The notes: a model not told the origin generated them from the sequence alone. A stretch of 64,000 nucleotides of DNA from Sandaracinaceae bacterium (GCA_044220955.1 JBGAQA010000012.1:46848-110847), one strand, 5' to 3'; shown: positions 41,123 to 51,403, counted from the first letter of the stretch. Numbers and translations: made by a program.

Positions 41123-42433
41123 TCAGGACGGCGGCGTCGCTCCGCGCAGGTGGCCGGCGATCGCGCGGAGCAAGCTCACGCCGAGCCGGCGGTAGCCGGT
41201 CTCCGTGAAGTGGATCCGGTCCTCGCGCTCGAGCGCGGGGAGCGCGGGCACCCATCGCTCGACCGCGCCCGGCCCGCCCTGCCACGCCATCGTGTCGAAG
41301 AACGCGCACCCCTGCTCGGCGGCGATGCGCCGCTGCGCCTCGCGCAGCACTCCGATGAGCGGCGGCGTCACGAGCGCACCCGTGCCCGCGTCGGGCAGCT
41401 GCCGATCGGCCGGCCCGATGACCAGGCAGCTCGCGCGCGGGAAGTCCTCGCGGATGCGCGCGAGCATCTGCTCGAAGTGCGCGACGTGCTCGACGTCGCT
41501 CAGGTGGAAGTCGTCGCCTTCGTTGTTGCCGTACGACACGCTGATCAGGTCCGGATGTCGCGTCTCGAGAAGCGTCCGCCAGAGCGCGCGGTCCCAGAAG
41601 AGCTGATGCCGTGCCTTGCTCCCCGCGAGTCCGAGCTGATCGACGACGACGCCGTGATCGGTCTCGCGCTCGAGGACGAAGCCGAAGACCCGCACCGGCG
41701 GCTCGCCCGAGGCCTCGATCTCGATGCGGTGCGCGCCGTCCGGCACGGCGTACGTGTGCAGACCTGCGAGCACCTCCTCGCTCGCCGTGTCGATCGTCTC
41801 GATCGCCTGCTCGTCGACCCGCACCTCGAAGCGCCCGCCGCCCGGCTGCTGGAGATAGAGCACCTCGAGGTGCGAGGCCGTCGAGTAGTCCGTGCGCGCC
41901 GCCGCCCATGCGTGCACGTGCGCGTCGAACGCGATGCCCGCGAGGCCGTACGTGTCGACGCCGAAGTGCTTGAAGTCGGGGTAGCTCGAGTCCCAGCCCT
42001 CGCCGTCGTCGATCTGCGCGCCCGCCTGCCAGTAGTCCGTGATGGGCATCGCGGCGAGGATGAAGCCGTGCCCCGCGCTGCCGAGCCGGCGCTGCAGGCG
42101 CGTGCGGATCTCGGCGGTGTAGAGGTCGCTCGCGGTGTGCGAGCCGCCGTAGAAGACGAGGCGCGCGACGCCCTCGTGACGCGCGGCGCGCAGGAGCGCC
42201 TCGCCGAGCCGGTCGAGCGCGTGGCCGCCGGGGTCCTCGAGCGCGGTCTCCTGCGTCAGGCCGTCGGTGGGGACGGCGGGAAGGTCGTCGAGGATGCGCT
42301 CCGCGAGCGCTGCGAGCGTCGTCGGGGGCGGGAGATCCGCGGCGGGATCGGCGCCCGGGTCCCGGCCGGAGTCGGGGCCACACGCGGCGACGGTCGCGCC
42401 GAGCACGAGCCATGCGACACGCGGCGTCCTCAC
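41123..42433 (-). CDS. SGNH/GDSL hydrolase lipoprotein (resembles peptidoglycan O-acetyl esterase/transferase proteins)
   Basis: Lipobox VAAC, block I FYGGSHTASD, G..GHGF, YGNNE and DRIH motifs. Overlaps the aroC stop. Confidence 0.8.
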   Translation of the reverse strand: MRTPRVAWLVLGATVAACGPDSGRDPGADPAADLPPPTTLAALAERILDDLPAVPTDGLTQETALEDPGGHALDRLGEALLRAARHEGVARLVFYGGSHTASDLYTAEIRTRLQRRLGSAGHGFILAAMPITDYWQAGAQIDDGEGWDSSYPDFKHFGVDTYGLAGIAFDAHVHAWAAARTDYSTASHLEVLYLQQPGGGRFEVRVDEQAIETIDTASEEVLAGLHTYAVPDGAHRIEIEASGEPPVRVFGFVLERETDHGVVVDQLGLAGSKARHQLFWDRALWRTLLETRHPDLISVSYGNNEGDDFHLSDVEHVAHFEQMLARIREDFPRASCLVIGPADRQLPDAGTGALVTPPLIGVLREAQRRIAAEQGCAFFDTMAWQGGPGAVERWVPALPALEREDRIHFTETGYRRLGVSLLRAIAGHLRGATPPS

Positions 42434-43527
42434 GCGATTTCGTGTCGCGGGCTGGCCATCGCGCGCAGCGCGTGGTCGGCGAGCGTGATCGCGACCATCG
42501 CCTCGCCGATGGGCGGAAACCGGAGCGCGATGCAGGGATCGTGGCGCCCGCGCGCGCGCAGGATGGCGGCCTGTCCGTCGCGGTCCACGGTGCGCAGCTC
42601 GCGCGGGATGGTGCTGGTCGGCTTGACGGCGACGCGCAGGAGCAGCGGCATCCCGCTCGAGATCCCGCCGAGCGTGCCGCCGTGGTGGTTCGTCTCGGTG
42701 TGGAGCGCGCCGGGGTGGCCGGGCATGAAGACGTCGTCGTGCTCGCTGCCCCGCATCGCGCCGGCGCGGAAGCCGCTCCCGAGCTCGACACCCATGACGC
42801 CGGGGATCGAGAGCAGCGCCTTGCCGAGGTCGGCCTTGAGCTTGTCGAAGACCGGCTCGCCCAGGCCGGGCGGCACGCCGTGCGCGACGATCTCGCAGAT
42901 CCCACCGATCGAGTCCTGCTCCTTGCGGACGCGCTCGACCAGCTCCGTGATCCGCTCCGCCGCCAGGACGTCGGGGCAGCGCGTGGGCGTCCGCTCGACG
43001 TCCTCTTGCGTGACCGCCGCGCGATCCGGGATGGACGCGACGACGTCGCCGACCTGTGCCACCCAGCCGAGCACGCGGACGCCCCGCCGGGCGAGCAGCT
43101 TCTTCGCGACGGATCCCGCCACCACCCGGGAGACCGTCTCGCGCGCGCTCGCGCGACCGCCACCGCGTGGATCGCGGTGCCCGTACTTCACGTCGTACGT
43201 GTAGTCGGCGTGCCCGGGCCGGAAGAGACCGGCGAGGTCGTCGTAGTCCCGGCTCTTGGCGTCGACGTTGCGGACGAGCACCGCGATGGGCGCTCCCGTC
43301 GTGAGCCCCTCGTGAACGCCCGACAGGATCTCCGGCTCGTCCGGCTCCCCCCGCTGGCTGACGAGGTGGCTCTGACCCGGCCGGCGGCGGGCGAGGTCGG
43401 GGCGCAGGTCGTCGAGCGAGAGCGGAAGGCCCGCCGGACACCCGTCGATGACGACCACGTTCGCCGGCCCGTGCGACTCGCCCGCCGTCGTCACGCGGAA
43501 CAGCACCCCGAACGTCGAGCCCGCCAT
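42430..43527 (-). CDS. aroC: Chorismate synthase
   Basis: TAGESHG, RRRPGQS, RPGHAD, GGGRASARET, GGISSG, KPTST and GRHDPC motifs. Confidence 0.97.
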   Translation of the reverse strand: MAGSTFGVLFRVTTAGESHGPANVVVIDGCPAGLPLSLDDLRPDLARRRPGQSHLVSQRGEPDEPEILSGVHEGLTTGAPIAVLVRNVDAKSRDYDDLAGLFRPGHADYTYDVKYGHRDPRGGGRASARETVSRVVAGSVAKKLLARRGVRVLGWVAQVGDVVASIPDRAAVTQEDVERTPTRCPDVLAAERITELVERVRKEQDSIGGICEIVAHGVPPGLGEPVFDKLKADLGKALLSIPGVMGVELGSGFRAGAMRGSEHDDVFMPGHPGALHTETNHHGGTLGGISSGMPLLLRVAVKPTSTIPRELRTVDRDGQAAILRARGRHDPCIALRFPPIGEAMVAITLADHALRAMASPRHEIA

Positions 43528-43602
43528 GGGCGCGCAGCCTACGCCATCGCGCCGTCGACGACGATGGTGTCGCCGCCCGGAGTTGGCGCTACCATTCGAG
43601 CG

Positions 43603-44331
43603 ATGAGCTCTCACACGAGTCGCATCTACGAGCAGGAGCTCAGCGACCTGAAGACTCGGATCCTGGCGATGGGCGGGCGCTGCGAGCAGCTCATCCAGAT
43701 GGCGAGCCGCGCGCTCGACAAGGGCGACGTGGATCTCGCGCACCGGGTCGAGGCGACCGACCGCGCGATCAACGTCGAAGAGATGAACATCGATCAGATG
43801 ACGGTGCGCATCCTGGCGCTGCGTCAGCCCGTCGGGCGCGATCTGCGCTTCCTCGTGACCGCACTGAAGGTCGTCACGGACCTCGAGCGCATCGGTGACG
43901 AGGCGGTCAACATCGCGGAGCGCGCCGCGGAGCTGGCGGCCGAGGCCCCGATCCCCGCGCTGCAGTCGAAGCTGCGCGAGCTGGCGGACGCGGCGGGGTC
44001 CATGGTGCGGCGGGCGCTCGACTCGTTCGTCGCAGAGGACCCGGCGAAGGCGACCGAGGTGCTCCGCGCGGACGACGAGGTCGACGCGATGTACGGCCTC
44101 GTGCTGCGCGAGAGCATGGAGTTCATCCGGCAGAACCCGGAGCGAGTGAACGACGGCTGGCGCTACGCCTCGTGCGCGAAGTACCTGGAGCGCGTGGCGG
44201 ACCACGCCACGAACATCGCCGAGATGGTCGTGTTCATGGTGTCGGGCGAGGACGTGCGCCACCACGCGTCCGCGGCCGGAGGCACTGGATCGGTCGCGGG
44301 GAACGTCGAGGCGGAGGCGTCGAAGGAGTAG
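43603..44331 (+). CDS. phoU: Phosphate signalling complex protein PhoU
   Basis: QPVGRDLR, DLERIGD.A.NIA, DDEVD and LERVADHATNIAE motifs. Confidence 0.95.
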   Translation: MSSHTSRIYEQELSDLKTRILAMGGRCEQLIQMASRALDKGDVDLAHRVEATDRAINVEEMNIDQMTVRILALRQPVGRDLRFLVTALKVVTDLERIGDEAVNIAERAAELAAEAPIPALQSKLRELADAAGSMVRRALDSFVAEDPAKATEVLRADDEVDAMYGLVLRESMEFIRQNPERVNDGWRYASCAKYLERVADHATNIAEMVVFMVSGEDVRHHASAAGGTGSVAGNVEAEASKE

Positions 44332-44388
44332 CGCGGCGGCCATGGACCTGCTCGACACGACGCGCGCGCCCGTGCGAGCGTGGTCGCC

Positions 44389-45588
44389 ATGTCGATCGAG
44401 CTCGCCCCGGATGCGCCCGTCCCGCGCGTCGCCGGCTTCCGCTTCGCGGCGGTGGCGGCCGGGATCAAGAAGAACGGCAACCCCGACCTCGGGCTCATCG
44501 TCGCCGACGCCCCCGCGGCTGCGGCCGCCGTCCTCACGCGCAACCTCGTGCGCGCGGCGCCCGTCGAGATCACACGCGAGCGGCTCGCGCGCGCGCGCGG
44601 ACGAGTCTCGGCGATCCTCGTGAACAGCGGCAACGCGAACGCGTGCACGGGCGCGGCCGGCAGGGCAGAGGCGATCCGCGCGTGCGCGGCCGTCGCGGAC
44701 GCGCTGGGGATCGACGCGCGCGCGATGCTCCCGGCGTCGACCGGGGTGATCGGCGCCATCCTCCCCGGCGACAAGATCGTCGCGGCCGCTCCTGGGCTCG
44801 TCGCCGCGCTCCGCGACGACGGGGCCGCCGACTTCGCGCGCGCGATCATGACGACCGACCAGTGGCGAAAGGTGGCGGTCGCGACGTTCACCGCGCGCGG
44901 CAAGACCGCCACGGTGCTCGGCATCGCCAAGGGCGCGGGGATGATCCACCCGGACATGGCCACCACGCTGGGCTTCGTCGTCACGGACGCCGCCGCGAGC
45001 GCGGCCGAGCTACGACGCGCGCTCGTCCGCGCCACAGACGCCACGTTCAACGCCATCAGCGTCGACGGCGACACGAGCACCAACGACACCATCGTCCTCG
45101 CGGCGTCGGGCGCGAGCGGCGTGCGCGATCCGGGCAAGCTCGAGCGCGCGCTGACCGACGTGCTCGGCGCGCTCGGGGAGAGCATCGTGCGCGACGGAGA
45201 GGGCGCTCGGCACGTGGTCCGGATCGAGGTGTCGGGCCTCGCGACGGCCGCGGACGCGCGGCGGGCGGCGCGCAGCATCGCCACCTCGCCGCTCGTGAAG
45301 ACGGCGATCCACGGCCGCGACGCCAACTGGGGCCGGATCCTCGCGGCGGCAGGGCGTTCGGGCGCCCGCTTCGACCCGAGCAAGGCGCGCATCGAGATCG
45401 GCGGCGTGCGGATCGTCGATCGCGGCATGCCCGTGGGCAAGGAGGCCGAGGCCCGCGCTGCGGCCGTGATGGCGGGACCTCGCTACACACTCCGGGCGTC
45501 CCTGGGCCGCGGCCGCGGCGCTGCCCACTACCTGACCTGCGACCTCGGGCCCGACTACGTCGCGGTGAACGCGAACTACCGGAGCTGA
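44389..45588 (+). CDS. argJ: Bifunctional ornithine acetyltransferase
   Basis: NSGNANACTG, ASTGVIG, IMTTD, KGAGMIHPDMAT, DGDTSTND, DGEGA, DANWGR and NANYRS motifs. Confidence 0.97.
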   Translation: MSIELAPDAPVPRVAGFRFAAVAAGIKKNGNPDLGLIVADAPAAAAAVLTRNLVRAAPVEITRERLARARGRVSAILVNSGNANACTGAAGRAEAIRACAAVADALGIDARAMLPASTGVIGAILPGDKIVAAAPGLVAALRDDGAADFARAIMTTDQWRKVAVATFTARGKTATVLGIAKGAGMIHPDMATTLGFVVTDAAASAAELRRALVRATDATFNAISVDGDTSTNDTIVLAASGASGVRDPGKLERALTDVLGALGESIVRDGEGARHVVRIEVSGLATAADARRAARSIATSPLVKTAIHGRDANWGRILAAAGRSGARFDPSKARIEIGGVRIVDRGMPVGKEAEARAAAVMAGPRYTLRASLGRGRGAAHYLTCDLGPDYVAVNANYRS

Positions 45589-45675
45589 TCGACAGCGCGC
45601 GGGACCGGCGCGCTCGCGGGGCATCTCGCCTTGTGAGGGCCAAGGCGCTCACGTACGATTCGGTCCGACCCCCAG

Positions 45676-47610
45676 ATGAGCAACGGCACGAGCGACGGCG
45701 AGCGCCGAGACGACTCGTTCGTCGAGCGGCTCGGCGACCGCATCAGCCAGGCCCCGCCGGTCGCGGGGCAAGGACCGGCGCGCCCACGGCTCGGAGGGAT
45801 CGCGAGCCCGAAGGACTTCGGCGACGACTCGACCTCTCTCTCGCACGAGAGCGAGCCGCCGCCGCCGATGGCCACTGGCACGCTCCCGCCGCCCGCCGAG
45901 GAGAGCGGCCTCTACGACGCGCCCCCGATCGTCCAGCCCCCTCCGTCCCGACCCGACGACGCGTTCGCCGAGTTCGAGGCCAGCGAGATGCCCGGCGAGT
46001 CCACGCGCATCGAGGAGAGCGAGATCATCGCCGACCAGAGCACGGCGATCCTCGACGAGGGCCCGAAGATGCCCTTCCTCTTCGTCGAGTCCGGCAAGGA
46101 CAAGGGCAAGGAGTACGTCCTGCAGGAGGGCGAGACCGGCGTCGGACGCGGCATCGACAACGACGTGATCCTCACCGACGTCTCGGTGTCCCGCAAGCAC
46201 CTGCGCGTGATGCGCGACGGCGCGACCCTCGTCCTGCGCGATCTCGGCAGCGGCAACGGCACCACCGTGAACGGGCAGCGGGTCCACCAGATCCCGCTGA
46301 ACGAGGGAGACCGAATCGAGCTGGGTGAGACGGTGCTGGTCGTGCGCTACCCGGGCGAGGGCGGAGGGTCGGCCGCTCCGGCGGGCTCGACCCACGAGAC
46401 CGCGGTGCCCGACGTCGGCGTCGGCCCACCACCGACGATCCCCGCGTGGGGCTCGCCTCAGCCACCGCCGATCTCGGCGTCGGCGGAGAGCGTCGCCCCG
46501 CGCGACGGGCACACCGCTACCGTGCGGCTTCCGCGACGGACCCTCGCGCTCGCGGTGGCAGGCATCGCCGCCGTGGCGCTCATGATCGGCGTCGGCGTCG
46601 GCGCCATCCTCCTGGTCGCCGGGCGAAGCGACACGCCGGTGGCCATCGCGACGGTGCCGATCACGTCGGTGCCCGTCCTCGCCGCGCCGCCCGCGACGGC
46701 AGCGGTCCCCACGACCGTCGCGGTGGTCCCCACGACCGTCGCGGTGGTCCCCACGACCGTCGCGGCGGTCCCCACGACCGTCGCGGCGTCGAGCACTGCG
46801 CCCGCCACGACGGTGGCGATGGCCCCACCCGCGACCGGGACCCCGGTCCTCGCACCGGCGCCCTCCGCGGTCGCCCCGCCGCCTCCGTCGACGCTCGTCG
46901 CGGCTCCCTCGCCGGACCCCGCGCCGGCGCAGGACCCACACCACGCGCCGCCCAGCCGCGGCGCGCACACACCGCGCGCGCGCGCCGGCCGGGAGGCGAC
47001 CACGTCCGTCATGGCGAGCGCGCTCGCGCGCGCGACCACCGCGTACAACGGCGGCGACTTCGACGGCGCGGCGGCGATCGCGCGCGACGCCGCGCGGCAT
47101 ACGACGGGGACCGAGCAGCACACGCTCGAGGCGATGGCCAACAACATCGACTCGTTCGCCGGGCTCTACCCGCGCATCCGCAGCGCTGGCGACGCGCTCG
47201 GGCCGGTAGCCTCGACGGTGCCGATCGCGCTCCGCCTCGACCGTCAGATCGTCGCGGGCGGCCACTATGCGCGGGAGATCCAGCCGCGCTACGTGCGCTA
47301 CCTCGTCTCCCAGGCGCGCACGCAGATCAGCTCGGCCCCGCAGACCGCCTGCCCCCGCGTCCGCGACGCGCTCGACCTGGACGCCGGCAACGCCGACGCG
47401 CAAGGCCTGGCCCGGCAGTGCGAGACCGCTGCCGCCCGGATGCTCTCGGACGCGCAGTCACGCGAGCACACCGACGCCGCCGGCGCCCAGCGCTCCTACC
47501 AGGCGATCCAGCAGATGGTCCCCCGCACGAGCGCGACCTACCGCACCGCCGGTGAGCGGCTCGCGGGTATGCGCCGCACGACCGCGCGAAGGGTCGACGA
47601 GGACGAGTGA
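45676..47610 (+). CDS. FHA domain protein with TM helix, Thr/Pro-rich stalk and TPR-like C-terminus
   Basis: FHA motifs VGRG..ND, SVSRKH and DLGSGNGT.VNG. TM LALAVAGIAAVALMIGVGVGAILLV. Confidence 0.88.
   Translation: MSNGTSDGERRDDSFVERLGDRISQAPPVAGQGPARPRLGGIASPKDFGDDSTSLSHESEPPPPMATGTLPPPAEESGLYDAPPIVQPPPSRPDDAFAEFEASEMPGESTRIEESEIIADQSTAILDEGPKMPFLFVESGKDKGKEYVLQEGETGVGRGIDNDVILTDVSVSRKHLRVMRDGATLVLRDLGSGNGTTVNGQRVHQIPLNEGDRIELGETVLVVRYPGEGGGSAAPAGSTHETAVPDVGVGPPPTIPAWGSPQPPPISASAESVAPRDGHTATVRLPRRTLALAVAGIAAVALMIGVGVGAILLVAGRSDTPVAIATVPITSVPVLAAPPATAAVPTTVAVVPTTVAVVPTTVAAVPTTVAASSTAPATTVAMAPPATGTPVLAPAPSAVAPPPPSTLVAAPSPDPAPAQDPHHAPPSRGAHTPRARAGREATTSVMASALARATTAYNGGDFDGAAAIARDAARHTTGTEQHTLEAMANNIDSFAGLYPRIRSAGDALGPVASTVPIALRLDRQIVAGGHYAREIQPRYVRYLVSQARTQISSAPQTACPRVRDALDLDAGNADAQGLARQCETAAARMLSDAQSREHTDAAGAQRSYQAIQQMVPRTSATYRTAGERLAGMRRTTARRVDEDE
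46704..46788. repeat. 21-bp coding tandem repeat, 4 copies (VPTTVAV/A)
   Basis: GGTCCCCACGACCGTCGCGG(T/C) repeated four times. Confidence 0.93.
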
Positions 47611-47640
47611 GGAGCCGTCCCGGGTGGCCCCGGGACCTCC
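47611..47640. terminator. GC-rich hairpin between convergent genes (possible terminator)
   Basis: GTCCCGGG-TGGC-CCCGGGAC with flanking GGAG/CTCC pairing. No U-tract. Confidence 0.35.
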
Positions 47641-47681
47641 GCAGCGAGCGCCCCGGTCGACCGAGGCGGCGAGCTCGCGGG

Positions 47682-48071
47682 CTACTTCCGCGGCCCGCGC
47701 GCGAGCAAGGCCTGGATGCGCTCGCCGAGCTCGTCGAAGTCGAACGGCTTGTCGAGGTGATCGTCGGCTCCGTAGAGCGGCGACGTCATCTCGTTCAGCC
47801 GCTCGCCGATCCCGGTGAGCATCAGCACGGGCGTCGCGGCGATCGATGCGTCCTCGCGGATCGCCCGACACACCTCCCAGCCGCTCATCCCGGGCATCAT
47901 GACGTCGAGGACGATCAGATCGGGCTTCTCGCGCCGCGCGATCTTGAGCGCTTCCTCGCCGTCGTTGGCCTCGAGGACGTTCGCGTCCAGCCGCTTGAGC
48001 TGGCGCACGACGAGCGTGAGGATCTCGACGTCGTCGTCGGCCGCGAGAATGGTCGGCTTCTTGGTGGGCAT
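47682..48071 (-). CDS. Single-domain response regulator (CheY-like receiver)
   Basis: ILAADDD, PDLIVLDVMMP.MSG, LMLTG and KPF motifs. Confidence 0.93.
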   Translation of the reverse strand: MPTKKPTILAADDDVEILTLVVRQLKRLDANVLEANDGEEALKIARREKPDLIVLDVMMPGMSGWEVCRAIREDASIAATPVLMLTGIGERLNEMTSPLYGADDHLDKPFDFDELGERIQALLARGPRK

Positions 48072-48213
48072 GGTGCTCCGAACGACCGCGCACGAATCCC
48101 GCGGCGGGGCGAATCCTCGGAGACGCCAGCCCTGCCTGTCAACCGGGATCGGCCGGACGTGCGTGGTGCGTGACCCTTGACCTCGCGACGGGGCGCCGGT
48201 GTACGGTGCGACC

Positions 48214-49194
48214 ATGGGCCGCTCGCGCTCCGCTTGCTTGGTGTCGCTCTGCGTCCTCGCGTCCGCGTGCAGTCCCCGGGTCGGCCACGACTGCGACGAG
48301 ACCGCCGCGAGGACGATCGTGTACGACGTCGGCGGCTCGCCCGCGTACGCCGGCCAGTCGATCCTGATCACCTCGTGCGCGAGCGGCGGCTCGTTCTGCC
48401 ACACCGACACCGCCATGCACCGCTACGGCGCGCCGTTCGGCATGAACTTCGACCCGATGCTCGCCGACCGCGGGCTCGACGAGGCGGCCGGGGCGCGGCA
48501 CCTCTACGAGGCGCAGGTCGCCTCGCACCACTTCCGCGACAGCATCTTCGGACAGGTCTCGAGCGGCGCCATGCCGCCTCGCGGCATCGGCGATACCGTC
48601 GCCCTGCCCGCGTACCGGACTTACACCGGCCCGGCCGACGCCGTGGGGACGCCGGTCCCGAGCATCCGGAGCGCCGAGGGGCGGGAGATCCTCCGCAACT
48701 GGCTCGCCTGCGGCTCGCCCGTGGTCGAGTCGACGACGCTACCGATCGCGACGCCCTGCGCGTCCGACGCGCAGTGCACCACCACGCACCGCTGTGACAC
48801 CGCGCGCGGCTTCTGCGAGGACGTGGGCGCGATCGTCGACCTGCGTGCGACCACGACGATGCCGACGTGGGGGAGCATCTACGCGACCGTCCTCTCGCCC
48901 ACGTGCGCGCTCTCGGTCTGTCACGGCACGCTCGGCGCGGCAGCCTCCGGCAACCTCGATCTCTCCTCGCCCGCGCTCGCATACACGGCCCTGGTCGGGA
49001 CGGCGTCGTCGGTCGCGGCGTGCGGGACGCGTGTGGTCGCGGGCGACCCGGGCACTTCGTTCCTCGTGCAGAAGGTCGAGGGCACGCAGGACCCCGGGAT
49101 GTGCGGGGACCCCATGCCGATCGGAGGAACGCTCTCCCCCGGGCAGATCGCCGCGATCCGCGACTGGATCACGGCGGGCGCCCTGATGAACTGA
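48214..49194 (+). CDS. Lipoprotein with two cytochrome c-like domains (CX6CH, CX4CH)
   Basis: Lipobox ASAC, SCASGGSFCH...MPP...LRNWL and TCALSVCH...NLDL...MP...IRDWI..GA. Confidence 0.7.
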   Translation: MGRSRSACLVSLCVLASACSPRVGHDCDETAARTIVYDVGGSPAYAGQSILITSCASGGSFCHTDTAMHRYGAPFGMNFDPMLADRGLDEAAGARHLYEAQVASHHFRDSIFGQVSSGAMPPRGIGDTVALPAYRTYTGPADAVGTPVPSIRSAEGREILRNWLACGSPVVESTTLPIATPCASDAQCTTTHRCDTARGFCEDVGAIVDLRATTTMPTWGSIYATVLSPTCALSVCHGTLGAAASGNLDLSSPALAYTALVGTASSVAACGTRVVAGDPGTSFLVQKVEGTQDPGMCGDPMPIGGTLSPGQIAAIRDWITAGALMN

Positions 49195-49258
49195 TCGGCG
49201 GTCCGGGCGCTGCCGCGAGGACCCGGGCCGAGCGACGCGACCCTGTTAGGCTAGGCCC

Positions 49259-51403
49259 ATGCGTGGATGGCGTGTCGCGTGTTCACTGATGGCGGTCGCG
49301 GCGTGGCTCGCGGCCCTGCCCGCCTCGGCGCAGGACGGCTGGCGCGCCGCGCGCGGCCTCTACGGCGCCGCGATCCCCGGGCGCCAGGGCGCGACCGCCG
49401 AGCAGATCGCGCGCGAGGTGCTCCGGCTCCACGGGCCCACGCTCGGCCTGGCCGACCGAGCGCTCCGTGTCGTCCGCGTGACCCCGGCGCACGGCTACGT
49501 CGTGGTCGAGCTCGCGGCGGTGGTCCACGACGAGCCGGTGCGGGGAGCGCCCATCGTCGTGCGCCTGCGCCCCGACCGCGCCGTCGACACGATCGAGGTC
49601 TCCCCCACGCCCGAGGCGAGCGCACCCTGGCCGCAGGTGGCTCCGCTGGCCGAGGCGTCGGAGGTCGCGATCACGGAGGCGCCCTTCCCGAGCGCGCGCG
49701 TGCTCGACGCGGCGCTCGTGCCGCTCGTCCACGGCGACGCGATCGTCCCCGCCGTGGCGGTCGAGCTCGCCGGCGTGCGGCCCGCGGAGCGCGCCCGGCT
49801 CTACGTGGACGCGAGCTCGCTGGCGCTGATCTGGCTCGAGCCGCGCACGCTCGACGCCCTCGGTCGCGTGTACCCGCGCAACCCGACGTCCGACGCGATG
49901 ACCACGATGGACCTGACGCTCGCGGATCTCACGTCCACGACGAACCTCGACGGCACCCACGTCCGGGTCTCGAGCTGCGACCAGCTCACGCCGAACTGCA
50001 ACACGATCACGCGCGCGACCGCCGACGTCGACGGCAACTTCCTCTACGACCCGGATCCGCGCGCCTTCGACGACGCGTTCGCGGAGGTCTCGGCCTACTA
50101 CCACGCGAGCCTGGTGATGGACTACTTCCGCACGGCGCACGGCTTCACGTGGACGTGCATGGGCGGCACGCAGCTCGACGTGGTCGTCAACTACACCGAG
50201 GCGCCGCACGTCGGGTACGAGAACGCGTTCTTCTCCCCCGGCTCGCGCTCGAGCTGCGGCAACCTGGTCTTCGGGCAGGGCACGCTGCACGACTACGCGT
50301 ACGACGGGGACGTCGTCTATCACGAGTTCGGCCACGCCGTGACCGACCAGATGAGCTCGCTCGGGTTCTTCGCGACCGGTCCTTCGAACAACTACCAGCC
50401 GCTCGGGATCAACGAGGGGACGAGCGACTACTGGGCCGCCGCGGTCCAGGGCGACCCGCACATCGGCGAGTCCATCGGCAGCGTCGAGGGCTTCATGCAC
50501 TCGCTGCGGGGCCTGGACGACGTCGTCTCGTGCCCGGCCGATCTGATGGGCGAGGGCCACGCGGACGGGCGCATCTGGTCGACGTTCGGGTGGGCGATGC
50601 GCGGTGTGCTCGGCGCGACGCGCGCGGACGCCATCTGGTTCACGGCGATGGCCTCGATGAGCGGAGGCGTGACGCTCGCGCAGGCGACCAACCTCGTGCT
50701 CTCCACGATCGCGAGCGAGGTCGCGCTGGGCCACGTCACCACCGCCGAGCAGGCGATGATCATGGACGCCGCGACGATGCGCGGTCTGACGGACTGCACG
50801 ATGTTCGTCCCCGTCGACGACGGCCTCGGCCGCAACGGCTACTCCGGCAACGCCTTCGTCACCGGGGGGCTCTCGCACGGCCTCGCCCCGCTTCAGTACA
50901 CGGTCCAGATCCCGCCCGACGTCGTCGACGTCGAGGTGGACATCGGTCACGGCACGCTCGGCGGGCTGACGAACGTGCACTTCATGACCGGCGGGCCCGT
51001 CCGCGCGAGCGGGTCGCGGGTCACCTCGCAGCTCTCCGTCCCCGTCGGTCGAATCGGGACGGCACGCTTCACACGGGCGCAAGGCCTCGAGCCCTGCACG
51101 ACGCTCTACATCGGCGTCGAGACGACGGACCTCCGGGCGGCTGGCGAGACGCTCTTCCAGATCCTCGCGCGCGTGAACACCACGCACGAGACGCGGGCGT
51201 GCCCGCCACCGCGACCCGACGCGGGCCCCGCCAGGCCCGACGCCGGGCATGACTCGGGTCCGCTGGCCGACGCCGGGGCCGACGCGTCGACGGCCCCGCC
51301 CGCGGCGAGCGGCTGCGCCTGCCGCGCCGGAGCGAGCCGCGCGAGCGTCAGCTGGATCGTACTCGTCGCGGCGCTGCTCGGCGCGGCGCGACGTCGCCGC
51401 TGA
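49259..51403 (+). CDS. Secreted thermolysin/fungalysin-like (M4/M36) zinc metalloprotease with MYXO-CTERM-like tail
   Basis: Signal peptide, propeptide, NAFF, HEFGH, INEGTSD and EGH.DG motifs, and tail SGCACRAG...WIVLVAALLGAARRRR. Confidence 0.88.
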   Translation: MRGWRVACSLMAVAAWLAALPASAQDGWRAARGLYGAAIPGRQGATAEQIAREVLRLHGPTLGLADRALRVVRVTPAHGYVVVELAAVVHDEPVRGAPIVVRLRPDRAVDTIEVSPTPEASAPWPQVAPLAEASEVAITEAPFPSARVLDAALVPLVHGDAIVPAVAVELAGVRPAERARLYVDASSLALIWLEPRTLDALGRVYPRNPTSDAMTTMDLTLADLTSTTNLDGTHVRVSSCDQLTPNCNTITRATADVDGNFLYDPDPRAFDDAFAEVSAYYHASLVMDYFRTAHGFTWTCMGGTQLDVVVNYTEAPHVGYENAFFSPGSRSSCGNLVFGQGTLHDYAYDGDVVYHEFGHAVTDQMSSLGFFATGPSNNYQPLGINEGTSDYWAAAVQGDPHIGESIGSVEGFMHSLRGLDDVVSCPADLMGEGHADGRIWSTFGWAMRGVLGATRADAIWFTAMASMSGGVTLAQATNLVLSTIASEVALGHVTTAEQAMIMDAATMRGLTDCTMFVPVDDGLGRNGYSGNAFVTGGLSHGLAPLQYTVQIPPDVVDVEVDIGHGTLGGLTNVHFMTGGPVRASGSRVTSQLSVPVGRIGTARFTRAQGLEPCTTLYIGVETTDLRAAGETLFQILARVNTTHETRACPPPRPDAGPARPDAGHDSGPLADAGADASTAPPAASGCACRAGASRASVSWIVLVAALLGAARRRR

